From an uncultured Anaerolineales bacterium (GTDB taxonomy: Bacteria; Chloroflexota; Anaerolineae; UBA1429): a stretch of DNA of 40,697 bases. Of the stretch, positions 18,099 to 26,008 are shown one piece after another. Numbering within the stretch: position 1 is the first letter of the stretch; each line of letters begins with the position of its first letter. The notes under the pieces were generated by a model. That model searched no databases. It saw only the letters and a list, made by a program, of their open reading frames with translations, and was not told where the DNA came from. The position numbers and the translations under genes were made by a program. The stretch is taken from NCBI GenBank assembly GCA_964564195.1, contig CAZMAI010000002.1, positions 2,345 to 43,041 of the forward strand, in the 5' to 3' direction.

Positions 18099-18807
18099 CG
18101 AGACCTGCCTCCCGAATGAGGCCCTCCCGGTCCACGATCACCAATTGACCGCGATCCTTGTTGATCAGCCCTTCGTGGGACATGTCGCGCAAGATGCGCC
18201 CAACCACATCGCGCACGGTGCCAATGTGTGCAGCGATCATGTCTTGCGTCCAGCGCTGCTGCGGTGGCGTGTTCTCTGCGAAATCGAGCAGAAAGGCGGC
18301 CAGACGTTTGCGGACGGGATCGAGGGCCAGTCCTCTGGCGATCTCGCTCAGGTGCCTGTTTTCACTGGCCAGCATCCGGGCGACAGCGACGCCAAGATCG
18401 GGATGTTGCGCCAGTAAATCACAGAACACAGCACCCGGAAGGCTGTACAGGTCGACGTCGGAGACACTCAGGATGCTTCCGGGCTGGGGTCCGCCGTCGA
18501 TGGTTTGAAGCAGGTTCAGAAACCGTCCAGGCCCCGGGTAGCTCAGCACATGTTCCCGTCCCTCGGTGGATATCTGGCTGTGACTCGTCACGCCGCGCGC
18601 CACCAGGTAGAGCGAGTCGTAGTGTTGGCCATCCAGCAGGAGGATCTCACCAGCGGAGTGGCCCTCCATCCGAAACGGGGAAGTGAGGGCGCGAAAGGTA
18701 TCGGGGGACAACTCGCGAAACAAGGGCCAGCGCGAAAGGCGCTCCACAGTCGCGGAGCGCCCTGTCGATCTCGCGTCCAGTCCCTCGTCTCGCTCTCCCG
18801 TGGTCAC
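18088..18807 (-). CDS. Crp/Fnr-family transcriptional regulator
   Basis: Cyclic-nucleotide-binding-like N-domain (PLFRELSPDTFRAL...GEILLLDG...LYLVARG) and C-terminal HTH (TQDMIAAHIGTVRDVVGRILRDM). No N-terminal Fnr-type Cys cluster. GTG start. Confidence 0.85.
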   Translation of the reverse strand: MTTGERDEGLDARSTGRSATVERLSRWPLFRELSPDTFRALTSPFRMEGHSAGEILLLDGQHYDSLYLVARGVTSHSQISTEGREHVLSYPGPGRFLNLLQTIDGGPQPGSILSVSDVDLYSLPGAVFCDLLAQHPDLGVAVARMLASENRHLSEIARGLALDPVRKRLAAFLLDFAENTPPQQRWTQDMIAAHIGTVRDVVGRILRDMSHEGLINKDRGQLVIVDREGLIREAGLDEP

Positions 18808-18814
18808 CCTTGTC

Positions 18815-19624
18815 CTAGTCCAGTGTCATCTCGCCCATGGCACGAAAGTCATGAGGGGCGCTGAACTGAAAACCAGTTCCTGTGGCAACGATGACGGGGT
18901 ACGTCTCCCCAGGTTGCAGGACCTTGTCATACTGGTCGCCCGAGTCCAGAGGGATCTGTGCCTCCAGCCGTACGACGCCTCCCTGCACCAACACCGCCGA
19001 GGCGACGAGGTCATCGCTTCCCCCAATCTGTGTGTCCTCGGGGTGCGTGGCGCCAACCGCGCCCTGGCCATAGGCATCATACAGGGACGGGGCGCCGTTG
19101 CGATCCGCCGCGATGATATAGTTGGCGCCCTGCATCCGGTTCTCGGGGTCGAGCCCAATGCCAAGCCACCCAGATGTTTCTGCCTCGGCAGCGAGGTAGA
19201 GATACTGGTCGTCATTGCTCCAATATAACGTGACCTTTCCGATCACTGTCTGGTGAGCGTACTCGCCTGGGGCGATAACGCCGTCCGCCGCACGAATGAC
19301 ATCATTACTGGCGCCGTCGGTAGGGTTCGCCGGGTAGGCGTCGGTTCCTCCATCAGCGGGCGCTCCCTCTGCCGGCTCAGGGTACGCATCGACAGTAGTT
19401 ACGCCTGAGGTGCCATCTGCAGGTGCAGGATAGGCCTCGCCGTCTTGCACTGCGGTAGTGGCAGCCGGGGCGGCCGGTGATTCTACCGTGACCTTTTCCA
19501 CAGCGCTGGCTGCCGTCGGGGTTCGTGCCAGCGCGTCGTTATCCGGTTCGGCCGTTTCCGGCGCACGGCCACAGGCCACCAGCACGAGGAGGATCAACAA
19601 GAGGGGCAACCGTTGTCTCAGCAT
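18815..19624 (-). CDS. Secreted lipoprotein with a Pro/Ala-rich repeat linker and a DOMON-like C-terminal domain (domain call tentative)
   Basis: AAGGAG lies 7 nt upstream of the ATG at 19624. Signal peptide with lipobox LLVLVAC|G. Three DAYPxP repeats. The C-terminal roughly 160 aa has a beta-rich pattern (VTLYWSNDDQYLYLAAEAETSGWLGIGL...) reminiscent of DOMON ligand-binding domains. Confidence 0.6.
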   Translation of the reverse strand: MLRQRLPLLLILLVLVACGRAPETAEPDNDALARTPTAASAVEKVTVESPAAPAATTAVQDGEAYPAPADGTSGVTTVDAYPEPAEGAPADGGTDAYPANPTDGASNDVIRAADGVIAPGEYAHQTVIGKVTLYWSNDDQYLYLAAEAETSGWLGIGLDPENRMQGANYIIAADRNGAPSLYDAYGQGAVGATHPEDTQIGGSDDLVASAVLVQGGVVRLEAQIPLDSGDQYDKVLQPGETYPVIVATGTGFQFSAPHDFRAMGEMTLD

Positions 19625-19673
19625 GGGTAACTCCTTATTTGGGTGTATCAACGCCTATGCACATCTAACTCGC

Positions 19674-19702
19674 TTGCAGAGTCAGGACTCACTGGTTAAC
19701 AT
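19674..19702 (+). promoter_or_regulatory. Candidate promoter for the Gfo/Idh/MocA oxidoreductase gene
   Basis: TTGCAG (19674..19679), 17-nt spacer, TAACAT (19697..19702). Confidence 0.3.
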
Positions 19703-19724
19703 AGCCGTGAGTGAGTTCTCGCAC

Positions 19725-19753
19725 ATTGTATCTGTTAGCCGGTCGGCCTGCAA
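19725..19753 (-). promoter_or_regulatory. Sigma-70-like promoter for the lipoprotein-Crp-amidotransferase-murI string
   Basis: On the minus strand: TTGCAG (19753..19748), 17-nt spacer, TACAAT (19730..19725). Confidence 0.4.
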
Positions 19754-19820
19754 TACATGGCACCGGTGAGCGCTGGAAGGTGTCGCGAGTGCGTACTAGG
19801 CACAATCGGGAGGGAGTACG

Positions 19821-20966
19821 ATGGAGCGAATTCGCTACGGAATCGTCGGTACCGGAGGGATGGGGTCGGGCCACGCGCGTACGATGCAGGGTGTGGACGA
19901 GTGCCAGCTCGCTGCCGTCTGCGACATTCAGCCGGATGTGGCAGAGGAGGTCGGCGAAGAGTACAGCGTCCCGTACTTTACTGACTATCGCGAGCTTGTC
20001 GATCTGGATGCTGTAGATGCCATCATCGTAGCGACGCCGCACTATTTCCATCCCGAGATCGCGATCTATGCCATGGAGCACGGCAAGCCCGTAATCTCGG
20101 AAAAGCCCATCGCGGTGACGGTGTCCGGGGCTGATGCAATGGTGGAGGCCGCGCAGAGGACCGGCACGCCTTTTGCTGTGATGCACCAGCGGCGCAGCGA
20201 ACCAGTGTGGCAGGCAGCCTTTAAGCTTGTGTCCGAGGGCAAGCTGGGTGAGTTGTACCGAACAATGCTGGTGTACGCTGACTTTCGCAGCCAGGCGTAT
20301 TACAACTCTGCCGGCTGGCGGGCAACGTGGGCCGGCGAGGGTGGCGGCGTGCTGATCAACCAGTCGCCTCACTCGATCGATCTCTTCACCTGGCTTGGCG
20401 GGCTGCCCAGCCGGGTCACTGCGGTGACGGCTACGCGCTCCCACGTGATTGAGGTGGAGGATGTGGCGTCGGCCCTGCTAGAGTACCCCAACGGTGCCAT
20501 GGGCTATATGTACTGCTCCACCACAGAGGCGCCGGGGACTGACATCTTGGAACTCTCGGGCGAAAAGGGCAAGTTGCAGGTGATCGGCAAAGATCTGCGG
20601 TTCTGGGAGATACCGGACGGAGTAAAGGGGTTCTCTGATGCATCGACCGAGATGTGGACCAGGCCGCCGGCGATCGAGATCCCTGTGGAGTTGCCCGAGC
20701 GAGAGTCGGGCCACATCGCGATCATACGCAACATGGCGCGACATCTGCTCCATGGTGAGCCCCTGATTGCGCCAGGCGTAGAGGGCCGAAATACGGTCGA
20801 GATGATCAACGCCACGATCCTGTCTGGCCAGACGGGCAAGCCTGTAACCGTTCCGGTCGATCGGCCGGAATATGACGCATTTCTGGCCAAGTTGCAGGCT
20901 ACCTCGAACTTTGGCAAGAAGGCGACGGGCCCGGACAAGCGCGTCACGGATAACGTGCACCACTAG
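19821..20966 (+). CDS. Gfo/Idh/MocA-family NAD(P)-dependent oxidoreductase
   Basis: N-terminal Rossmann motif IRYGIVGTGGMGSGHA, family EKP motif (VISEKPIAV). 381 aa. GGGAGGGAG upstream of the ATG. Confidence 0.9.
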   Translation: MERIRYGIVGTGGMGSGHARTMQGVDECQLAAVCDIQPDVAEEVGEEYSVPYFTDYRELVDLDAVDAIIVATPHYFHPEIAIYAMEHGKPVISEKPIAVTVSGADAMVEAAQRTGTPFAVMHQRRSEPVWQAAFKLVSEGKLGELYRTMLVYADFRSQAYYNSAGWRATWAGEGGGVLINQSPHSIDLFTWLGGLPSRVTAVTATRSHVIEVEDVASALLEYPNGAMGYMYCSTTEAPGTDILELSGEKGKLQVIGKDLRFWEIPDGVKGFSDASTEMWTRPPAIEIPVELPERESGHIAIIRNMARHLLHGEPLIAPGVEGRNTVEMINATILSGQTGKPVTVPVDRPEYDAFLAKLQATSNFGKKATGPDKRVTDNVHH

Positions 20967-20982
20967 GCTAGCGCAGATAAAG

Positions 20983-21012
20983 AGAGGGCACAGCGCGAGC
21001 GCTGTGCCCTCT
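20983..21012. terminator. Near-perfect palindrome/hairpin between convergent oxidoreductase and GHMP kinase genes
   Basis: AGAGGGCACAGCGC (20983..20996), GA, GCGCTGTGCCCTCT (20999..21012). Confidence 0.6.
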
Positions 21013-21025
21013 TACCACGTTTCGG

Positions 21026-22093
21026 TTAGACCTTCGCCGGCTCACCGTCCAGCGCTCTCTGCCAGACCCTCAGACCATAGCGACTCAGGTAGAGTGGGAT
21101 GTTCTGGAACAGTGGATTGGTGGCCTCGATGTCCCGGATCATCGCGCGCTTGGCCCCCATGCTGGGGCCACACAGTAATGTCACGGATCCGCCCTCTCCT
21201 CCGGCCCCATTCACCTTCCAGCCGAGGGCCCCATGCGAGCGCGCAACATCCATAATCTGCTCCGCCTCCCGACTGACCAGCGAAGGATGCAGGGCCCGTT
21301 GCGCTTCGGTGTTACGAATCATGGCCTGGCCAAGGGCAACAAAATCACCGTCGTAGACCGCGTCCCTGGACGCTTTGGCGCAGGCTCTCAAGTGCTCGAG
21401 TTCCTCGTACTCGGGGCCGCCCTCGCGGATGTTGCGGATCACCATCTCATGAACGGCAGAGGAACTGTGGGACCGCCCGAGAAAGATGAGGCACAGGCGG
21501 CGCTCAAGCTCCCACCAGACCGGGTTGGGGACCAGGATCTGCGAAACCGCCGCATATGGGTACTGGAACATCTCGATATAGTTGATGCCTCCGTAGGCGG
21601 CACAGAGTTGGTCCTGAATGCCGCTCTGCTGGTGTAGCATGTCCGTCTCAACCCGGTGGGCAGCGTAGGCGATCTCGAGTGGGGTCATCCTGCCGGGCGA
21701 CAACTGGTCCAGTGCTCCAATCAGCGCTACGGTGACTGCCGCGGATGTCCCGGTGGAGCAGCCGGCCGGGGCCTCGGAAAAGATCGAGATTCTGACAGCG
21801 AGATCCTCGGGCACCCCGACCGAGTCGATCGCTGCCTCAAGCAGCGGGTGATGGATCCACTCGTGCTTTTCCGAGCGAGGGAAGAGCGCGTAACGGTCGC
21901 CAAAGTTCTCGGCGTGCAACACAACGCGATCATGGACGGTGTCGCGAGGGCGTGCCTCGATCTGGACCTCGACAAAGGGATACACGCCGATGTTGAAGAT
22001 GTTGCCGCGCTCGGCAAACCAGGTATCGGTCCACCCGCCATTGTCGCACACGCGGATGGGGGCCACACTATTGATGATGCAGGGCTCTACCAT
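21026..22093 (-). CDS. GHMP-family sugar(-phosphate) kinase, HddA/fucokinase-like
   Basis: N-terminal APIRVCDNGGWTD, a variant of the family's LGGGGTD. GHMP motif 2 PAGCSTGTSAAVTVALIGAL, and C-terminal GAGGEGGS. Confidence 0.85.
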   Translation of the reverse strand: MVEPCIINSVAPIRVCDNGGWTDTWFAERGNIFNIGVYPFVEVQIEARPRDTVHDRVVLHAENFGDRYALFPRSEKHEWIHHPLLEAAIDSVGVPEDLAVRISIFSEAPAGCSTGTSAAVTVALIGALDQLSPGRMTPLEIAYAAHRVETDMLHQQSGIQDQLCAAYGGINYIEMFQYPYAAVSQILVPNPVWWELERRLCLIFLGRSHSSSAVHEMVIRNIREGGPEYEELEHLRACAKASRDAVYDGDFVALGQAMIRNTEAQRALHPSLVSREAEQIMDVARSHGALGWKVNGAGGEGGSVTLLCGPSMGAKRAMIRDIEATNPLFQNIPLYLSRYGLRVWQRALDGEPAKV

Positions 22094-22117
22094 CTCTGCC
22101 GCCTTGTCTCTACGCGC

Positions 22118-22146
22118 TTGATCATCGTCTACTCCTGCCGTATTCT
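22118..22146 (+). promoter_or_regulatory. Sigma-70-like promoter for the MBL-fold hydrolase gene
   Basis: TTGATC (22118..22123), 17-nt spacer, TATTCT (22141..22146). Confidence 0.4.
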
Positions 22147-22205
22147 AGGCGCTGGTGGGGTGCGTGTCCAGCATCCTGCCGTCATGGACATTGAGGGAGG
22201 TAGGG

Positions 22206-23021
22206 ATGACTACTGGTCGTGCTCTGGTGGAAGAGATCAATGCGACGGTACTGCAACCGGGCTCGCTGGCATTCTGGTGGCTGGGCCAGATGGGATATGC
22301 AGTCAAGATTCAGGATACGGTGTTCTACATCGATCCATTCCTGGCTCCGGGACGTTTCCGGAACGTGCCGCCGCTGCTAGACGCCTCGGAAGTGACCAAT
22401 GCTGACTGGGTGCTTGGCACGCACGATCACGGAGATCACATCGATCCGTGGGCTTTTCCGCGCATTGCGGAGGCGTCACCGCAGGCCCGGTTCTTGTGCT
22501 CCCGCGTGGCCCGACCCCATGTCTTGAGCCTCGGGATTGCCGCGGAGCGGGTGATCGGGCTGGACGAAGGGCTCATTGTTCAGGATGATGAGACGACGAT
22601 CACACCGGTCGCGTCAGCGCACGAGTTTCTGGATTATGATCCGGACCTAGGCTACCCGTACCTCGGTTATGTGATTGAACAGGATGGCGTGGCTCTCTAC
22701 CACGCGGGCGACACCACGCGCTATGAGGGTCTCGTGCTCAAGCTCAAGAACTGGTCTCTGAGCGTCGCGTTTCTGCCCATCAACGGGCGCGATGCGGAGC
22801 GGCTCTCGCGCAACTGCATCGGTAACATGACTTACCAGGAGACAGTCGATTTGGCCGGCGAGTTGGCGCCAGGGCTGACGGTGCCAGGGCACTATGAGAT
22901 GTTCAGCAACAATGCCGAAGATCCACAGCGCTTTGCTGACTATATGCGCGTCAAGTATCCGCATCTCGCGTACTGGATTGGCGAGCACGGCAAGTGCGTG
23001 ATTGTGCCCCCGCAAGGGTAG
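22206..23021 (+). CDS. MBL-fold metallo-hydrolase (UlaG/UPF0173-like)
   Basis: ATG at 22206 preceded by GAGGGAGG. Zinc motif THDHGDH, and the LAFWWLGQMGY...YIDPF pattern of this subfamily. Confidence 0.85.
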   Translation: MTTGRALVEEINATVLQPGSLAFWWLGQMGYAVKIQDTVFYIDPFLAPGRFRNVPPLLDASEVTNADWVLGTHDHGDHIDPWAFPRIAEASPQARFLCSRVARPHVLSLGIAAERVIGLDEGLIVQDDETTITPVASAHEFLDYDPDLGYPYLGYVIEQDGVALYHAGDTTRYEGLVLKLKNWSLSVAFLPINGRDAERLSRNCIGNMTYQETVDLAGELAPGLTVPGHYEMFSNNAEDPQRFADYMRVKYPHLAYWIGEHGKCVIVPPQG

Positions 23022-23053
23022 TTGGGCGGACTGCTCAAAGTACGTGTCAAAGG

Positions 23054-23090
23054 AATCCCGGGCAAGGTGGCGTGTGCCTCGCCCGGGATT
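23054..23090 (+). terminator. Stem-loop downstream of the MBL-fold gene
   Basis: AATCCCGGGC (23054..23063) pairs with GCCCGGGATT (23081..23090), followed by GTTGTT. A second imperfect hairpin lies at about 23107..23140. Confidence 0.4.
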
Positions 23091-23147
23091 GTTGTTACAG
23101 TGTGGCGCCGGGCCTGGCTGGACACGGACCAGGCCGGCACGATGCTT

Positions 23148-23175
23148 TTGGGCCTGGCTGATTCCTCTGTAGAAT
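23148..23175 (+). promoter_or_regulatory. Sigma-70-like promoter for the AEC transporter gene
   Basis: TTGGGC (23148..23153), 16-nt spacer, TAGAAT (23170..23175), about 30 nt upstream of the ATG at 23206. Confidence 0.4.
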
Positions 23176-23205
23176 GCGCACCATTCCACTGCCAGGCAGG
23201 TTAGC

Positions 23206-24114
23206 ATGACGATGAACGCGGTGATTGATGCTGTGCCGATCCTCCTTCTGATCGGCGTCGGTTTTCTGGTACGGCAGACAAGGCTGGTGGATGAAAAGGG
23301 TGCATTGACGCTGACCCGCCTGGCGTATCATGTCACCATCCCATCGGCGATCGCGGTCTCGATTGCACGGGTTGATCTGGTTCCGGAGCTTTTCCTGTTG
23401 CCGCTGATCGCGGCCGTACTGCCCGCTGTCCTGGCGGGAATCATGTACGTGACCACACGGCGGTTGGCCGGCCAACCGCAGCAGCGCGGCGTGTTGCTGG
23501 TGGCCATGGTGATTCTGGGCGTGTTCGCGTTTCCCTTTATGGAGCTGTTCTTCGGAGCGGATGGACTGGCGCGGATCGCGCTCTATGATCTGGGCAACGC
23601 CTTTTACGCGGGTCTGCTCGCTACCTACTTTGCCAGGCACTTTGGTCACGGATCCAGCCGTATCAGCCTCCGGCGCGTGCTGTCGTCGCCGTTGCTGCTG
23701 GCAGCGCTGTGCGGCGTGGCGCTTTCGGCGTTGGACGTTCCGCTCACCGGCGCTCTGGGCTCGCTGCTCGACCGGCTCGCGGGCGCCAACACCCCGTTGG
23801 CGATGATGGCGGTGGGGATGTTTCTGCGCCCCAATCGGGCCCAGAGCGGCCTGGTGCTGCAGTATATCGGCATTCGCATGATTCTCGGTGGACTGTTGGG
23901 ATGGGCGCTTGCCAGGCTGCTGGGACTGGATGGGCTTGATCTGATCGTGGCCAGCGTCGGATCGTCACTGCCTGCGGGGACGACTTCGCTTGTGCTCGCC
24001 GGGGCGGAGGGCCTGGACACGAGTCTGGCAGCCGCTCTGGTGTCCTCGTCACTTATTGTCGGTATTGTCCTGGTCAATACGCTGCCGCACCTGCTGGCAG
24101 CGCTGTATTTGTAG
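23206..24114 (+). CDS. AEC (auxin efflux carrier / Mem_trans) family permease
   Basis: 302 aa with about 10 TM helices. The N-terminus IDAVPILLLIGVGFLVRQTRLVDEKGALTLTRLAYHVTIP is typical of the family. Confidence 0.85.
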   Translation: MTMNAVIDAVPILLLIGVGFLVRQTRLVDEKGALTLTRLAYHVTIPSAIAVSIARVDLVPELFLLPLIAAVLPAVLAGIMYVTTRRLAGQPQQRGVLLVAMVILGVFAFPFMELFFGADGLARIALYDLGNAFYAGLLATYFARHFGHGSSRISLRRVLSSPLLLAALCGVALSALDVPLTGALGSLLDRLAGANTPLAMMAVGMFLRPNRAQSGLVLQYIGIRMILGGLLGWALARLLGLDGLDLIVASVGSSLPAGTTSLVLAGAEGLDTSLAAALVSSSLIVGIVLVNTLPHLLAALYL

Positions 24115-24177
24115 CCGTCCCCGGCGTGCGGCACGCTGCGCGCGAGCACACCAAAGGGGGCTGTTTCAGGTTCTGTG

Positions 24178-24206
24178 TTGACGCAACCCCGGGCCTATGC
24201 TACTTT
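24178..24206 (+). promoter_or_regulatory. Sigma-70-like promoter for pgi
   Basis: TTGACG (24178..24183), 17-nt spacer, TACTTT (24201..24206). Confidence 0.4.
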
Positions 24207-24249
24207 TCAGATCGAAACAGCCCGGCGAACTCGAACAAGGAGGCGGAGA

Positions 24250-25980
24250 ATGTGCCCTGTTCTACAGATAGATGCGCTGGAGAAAGACTATGTCGAGCTC
24301 CTGGGGGACGCAACACAAGACGTCATAGGGACCCTGAACGCACTGTCAGATAAACATGCCTCCCGGATGGTCTGGGCTAGACAAGGCAGTCTGTGGAGCG
24401 ATGAGCCTGCGGCGATCGCAGAGATCGAGGACCGGCTGGGTTGGCTCGATCTGCCGGATACCATGCGCGTGGATGTGCCTCGCCTCAAGGCGCTGGCGTT
24501 GGAGCTGGCAGAGCGGCAGATGGAACGCGCCGTTCTGCTCGGCATGGGAGGCAGCAGTCTGGCCCCAGAGGTGCTCAGTGAGGTGTTTGGCGTGGCCCCG
24601 GGCGGCCTGGAGCTTGTCGTCCTGGATGCGACGGATCCGGCGCAGATCTTGCGAGTCGAACAATCCGGAGACCTCACCCGGACGGTGTTCATTGCGTCGA
24701 GCAAGTCGGGCACAACGGCTGAGACGCGGACGTTGTTGGAATACTTTGGTTCACAACTGCAGAGCCTGGTCGGTGAGCGGTGGACAGAGCACATCATCGT
24801 GATCACTGATCCTGGCAGCCCACTTCTGGCGCTCGCTGAAGAGGAAGGCTTTGTCGCGCGATACACCGCAGCCCCCGATGTAGGCGGGCGATACTCGGCG
24901 CTGACGCTCTTTGGACTCGTGCCCGCCGCCTTACTGGGTGTGGATTGCGATCGGCTGTTGCGCAGCGCGCGCAACATGGCGCGGCAATGCCGCGCTGCGC
25001 TCCCGGAGGCCGAGAATCCTGCGTTTCGCCTCGGGGCAGCTCTCGGAGCGCTCGCACGGTCCGGAAGAGACAAGCTCACCTTTATTACCAGCCCTCGTTT
25101 GGCTTCCTTTGGATGGTGGATAGAACAGCTCATCGCGGAGAGCACGGGCAAGAATGGCACAGGCATCATTCCCATCGAGGGAGAGCCTCTGCAATCTGCG
25201 TCTGCGTATTCGGATGACCGCATCTTTGTCTATGTCAGGCTCAGGGACGACGATAACGAAGAGACGGACGCGCTGGCAGTCGCTCTCGCGGAGCATGGCC
25301 AGCCGCTGATCGTCACGCAACTGGACGATGCCTACGACCTGGGTGCGGAATTCTTCCGGTGGGAGATGGCCACGGCGGTGGCGGGGCTTGTCCTCGGCAT
25401 CAACCCCTTTGATCAGCCCAACGTGGAGGAGGCCAAGGATGGGGCGCGCCAGGCACTGTCGCGCTACGAGGAGACTGGCGCTCTCGACGAACTGGAGCCC
25501 ATCCTCACTGAGGGCGAGATCGCGGTATACGGAGAACCCACCGATGCGACGAATGCGACCGAGTATGTTGCAGCATTTCTTGGGCAGGCGGAGCCCGGAG
25601 ACTATGTCGCGGTCATGGCGTACATCGACCGGAACGCTGCGCATGCGGCGTTGTTGCAGCGGATGCGTGCCCTGCTGACGGCACACCTGAATGTGGCCAG
25701 CACGACGGGTTTCGGGCCGCGGTTCTTGCACAGCACGGGCCAGTTGCACAAGGGCGGCAAGAACAACGGTCTGTTCATTCAGATTACCCAGGTGGATGGC
25801 ACGGATGTGGAAATCCCCGGCCGCGGCTACAGCTTTGGGGTACTCAAGAGCGCCCAGGCGGCCGGCGACATGGCGTCGCTCAAGCAGAACGAGCGCCGCG
25901 TGATCCGCCTGCGTGTAGCGTCTGACGTCGCCGCAGGGCTTGAGGCTATCGTCGCGTTGTTTGAGCGTGCTCTTGGGTGA
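24250..25980 (+). CDS. pgi: Glucose-6-phosphate isomerase (SIS-domain PGI)
   Basis: ATG at 24250 preceded by AAGGAGG. Motifs LLGMGGSSLAPEV and IASSKSGTTAET. 576 aa. Confidence 0.85.
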   Translation: MCPVLQIDALEKDYVELLGDATQDVIGTLNALSDKHASRMVWARQGSLWSDEPAAIAEIEDRLGWLDLPDTMRVDVPRLKALALELAERQMERAVLLGMGGSSLAPEVLSEVFGVAPGGLELVVLDATDPAQILRVEQSGDLTRTVFIASSKSGTTAETRTLLEYFGSQLQSLVGERWTEHIIVITDPGSPLLALAEEEGFVARYTAAPDVGGRYSALTLFGLVPAALLGVDCDRLLRSARNMARQCRAALPEAENPAFRLGAALGALARSGRDKLTFITSPRLASFGWWIEQLIAESTGKNGTGIIPIEGEPLQSASAYSDDRIFVYVRLRDDDNEETDALAVALAEHGQPLIVTQLDDAYDLGAEFFRWEMATAVAGLVLGINPFDQPNVEEAKDGARQALSRYEETGALDELEPILTEGEIAVYGEPTDATNATEYVAAFLGQAEPGDYVAVMAYIDRNAAHAALLQRMRALLTAHLNVASTTGFGPRFLHSTGQLHKGGKNNGLFIQITQVDGTDVEIPGRGYSFGVLKSAQAAGDMASLKQNERRVIRLRVASDVAAGLEAIVALFERALG

Positions 25981-26008
25981 GTAGAAGCTGAATCAGGGGG
26001 AGGGGCGA

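Noticed and set aside
19689-20444. 251-aa minus-strand ORF overlapping the Gfo/Idh/MocA gene and the divergent promoter region
   Set aside because: No motifs and Arg/His-rich. The sense gene has a Rossmann motif and a strong SD.
23022-23204. 60-aa ORF filling the MBL-AEC intergenic spacer
   Set aside because: It has no SD and a non-ATG start. The region is better explained by hairpins, a direct repeat and a promoter.
24288-25223. 311-aa minus-strand ORF (and 24931..25749) antisense to pgi
   Set aside because: Ser/Arg/Pro-rich low-complexity translation. The sense strand carries PGI motifs.
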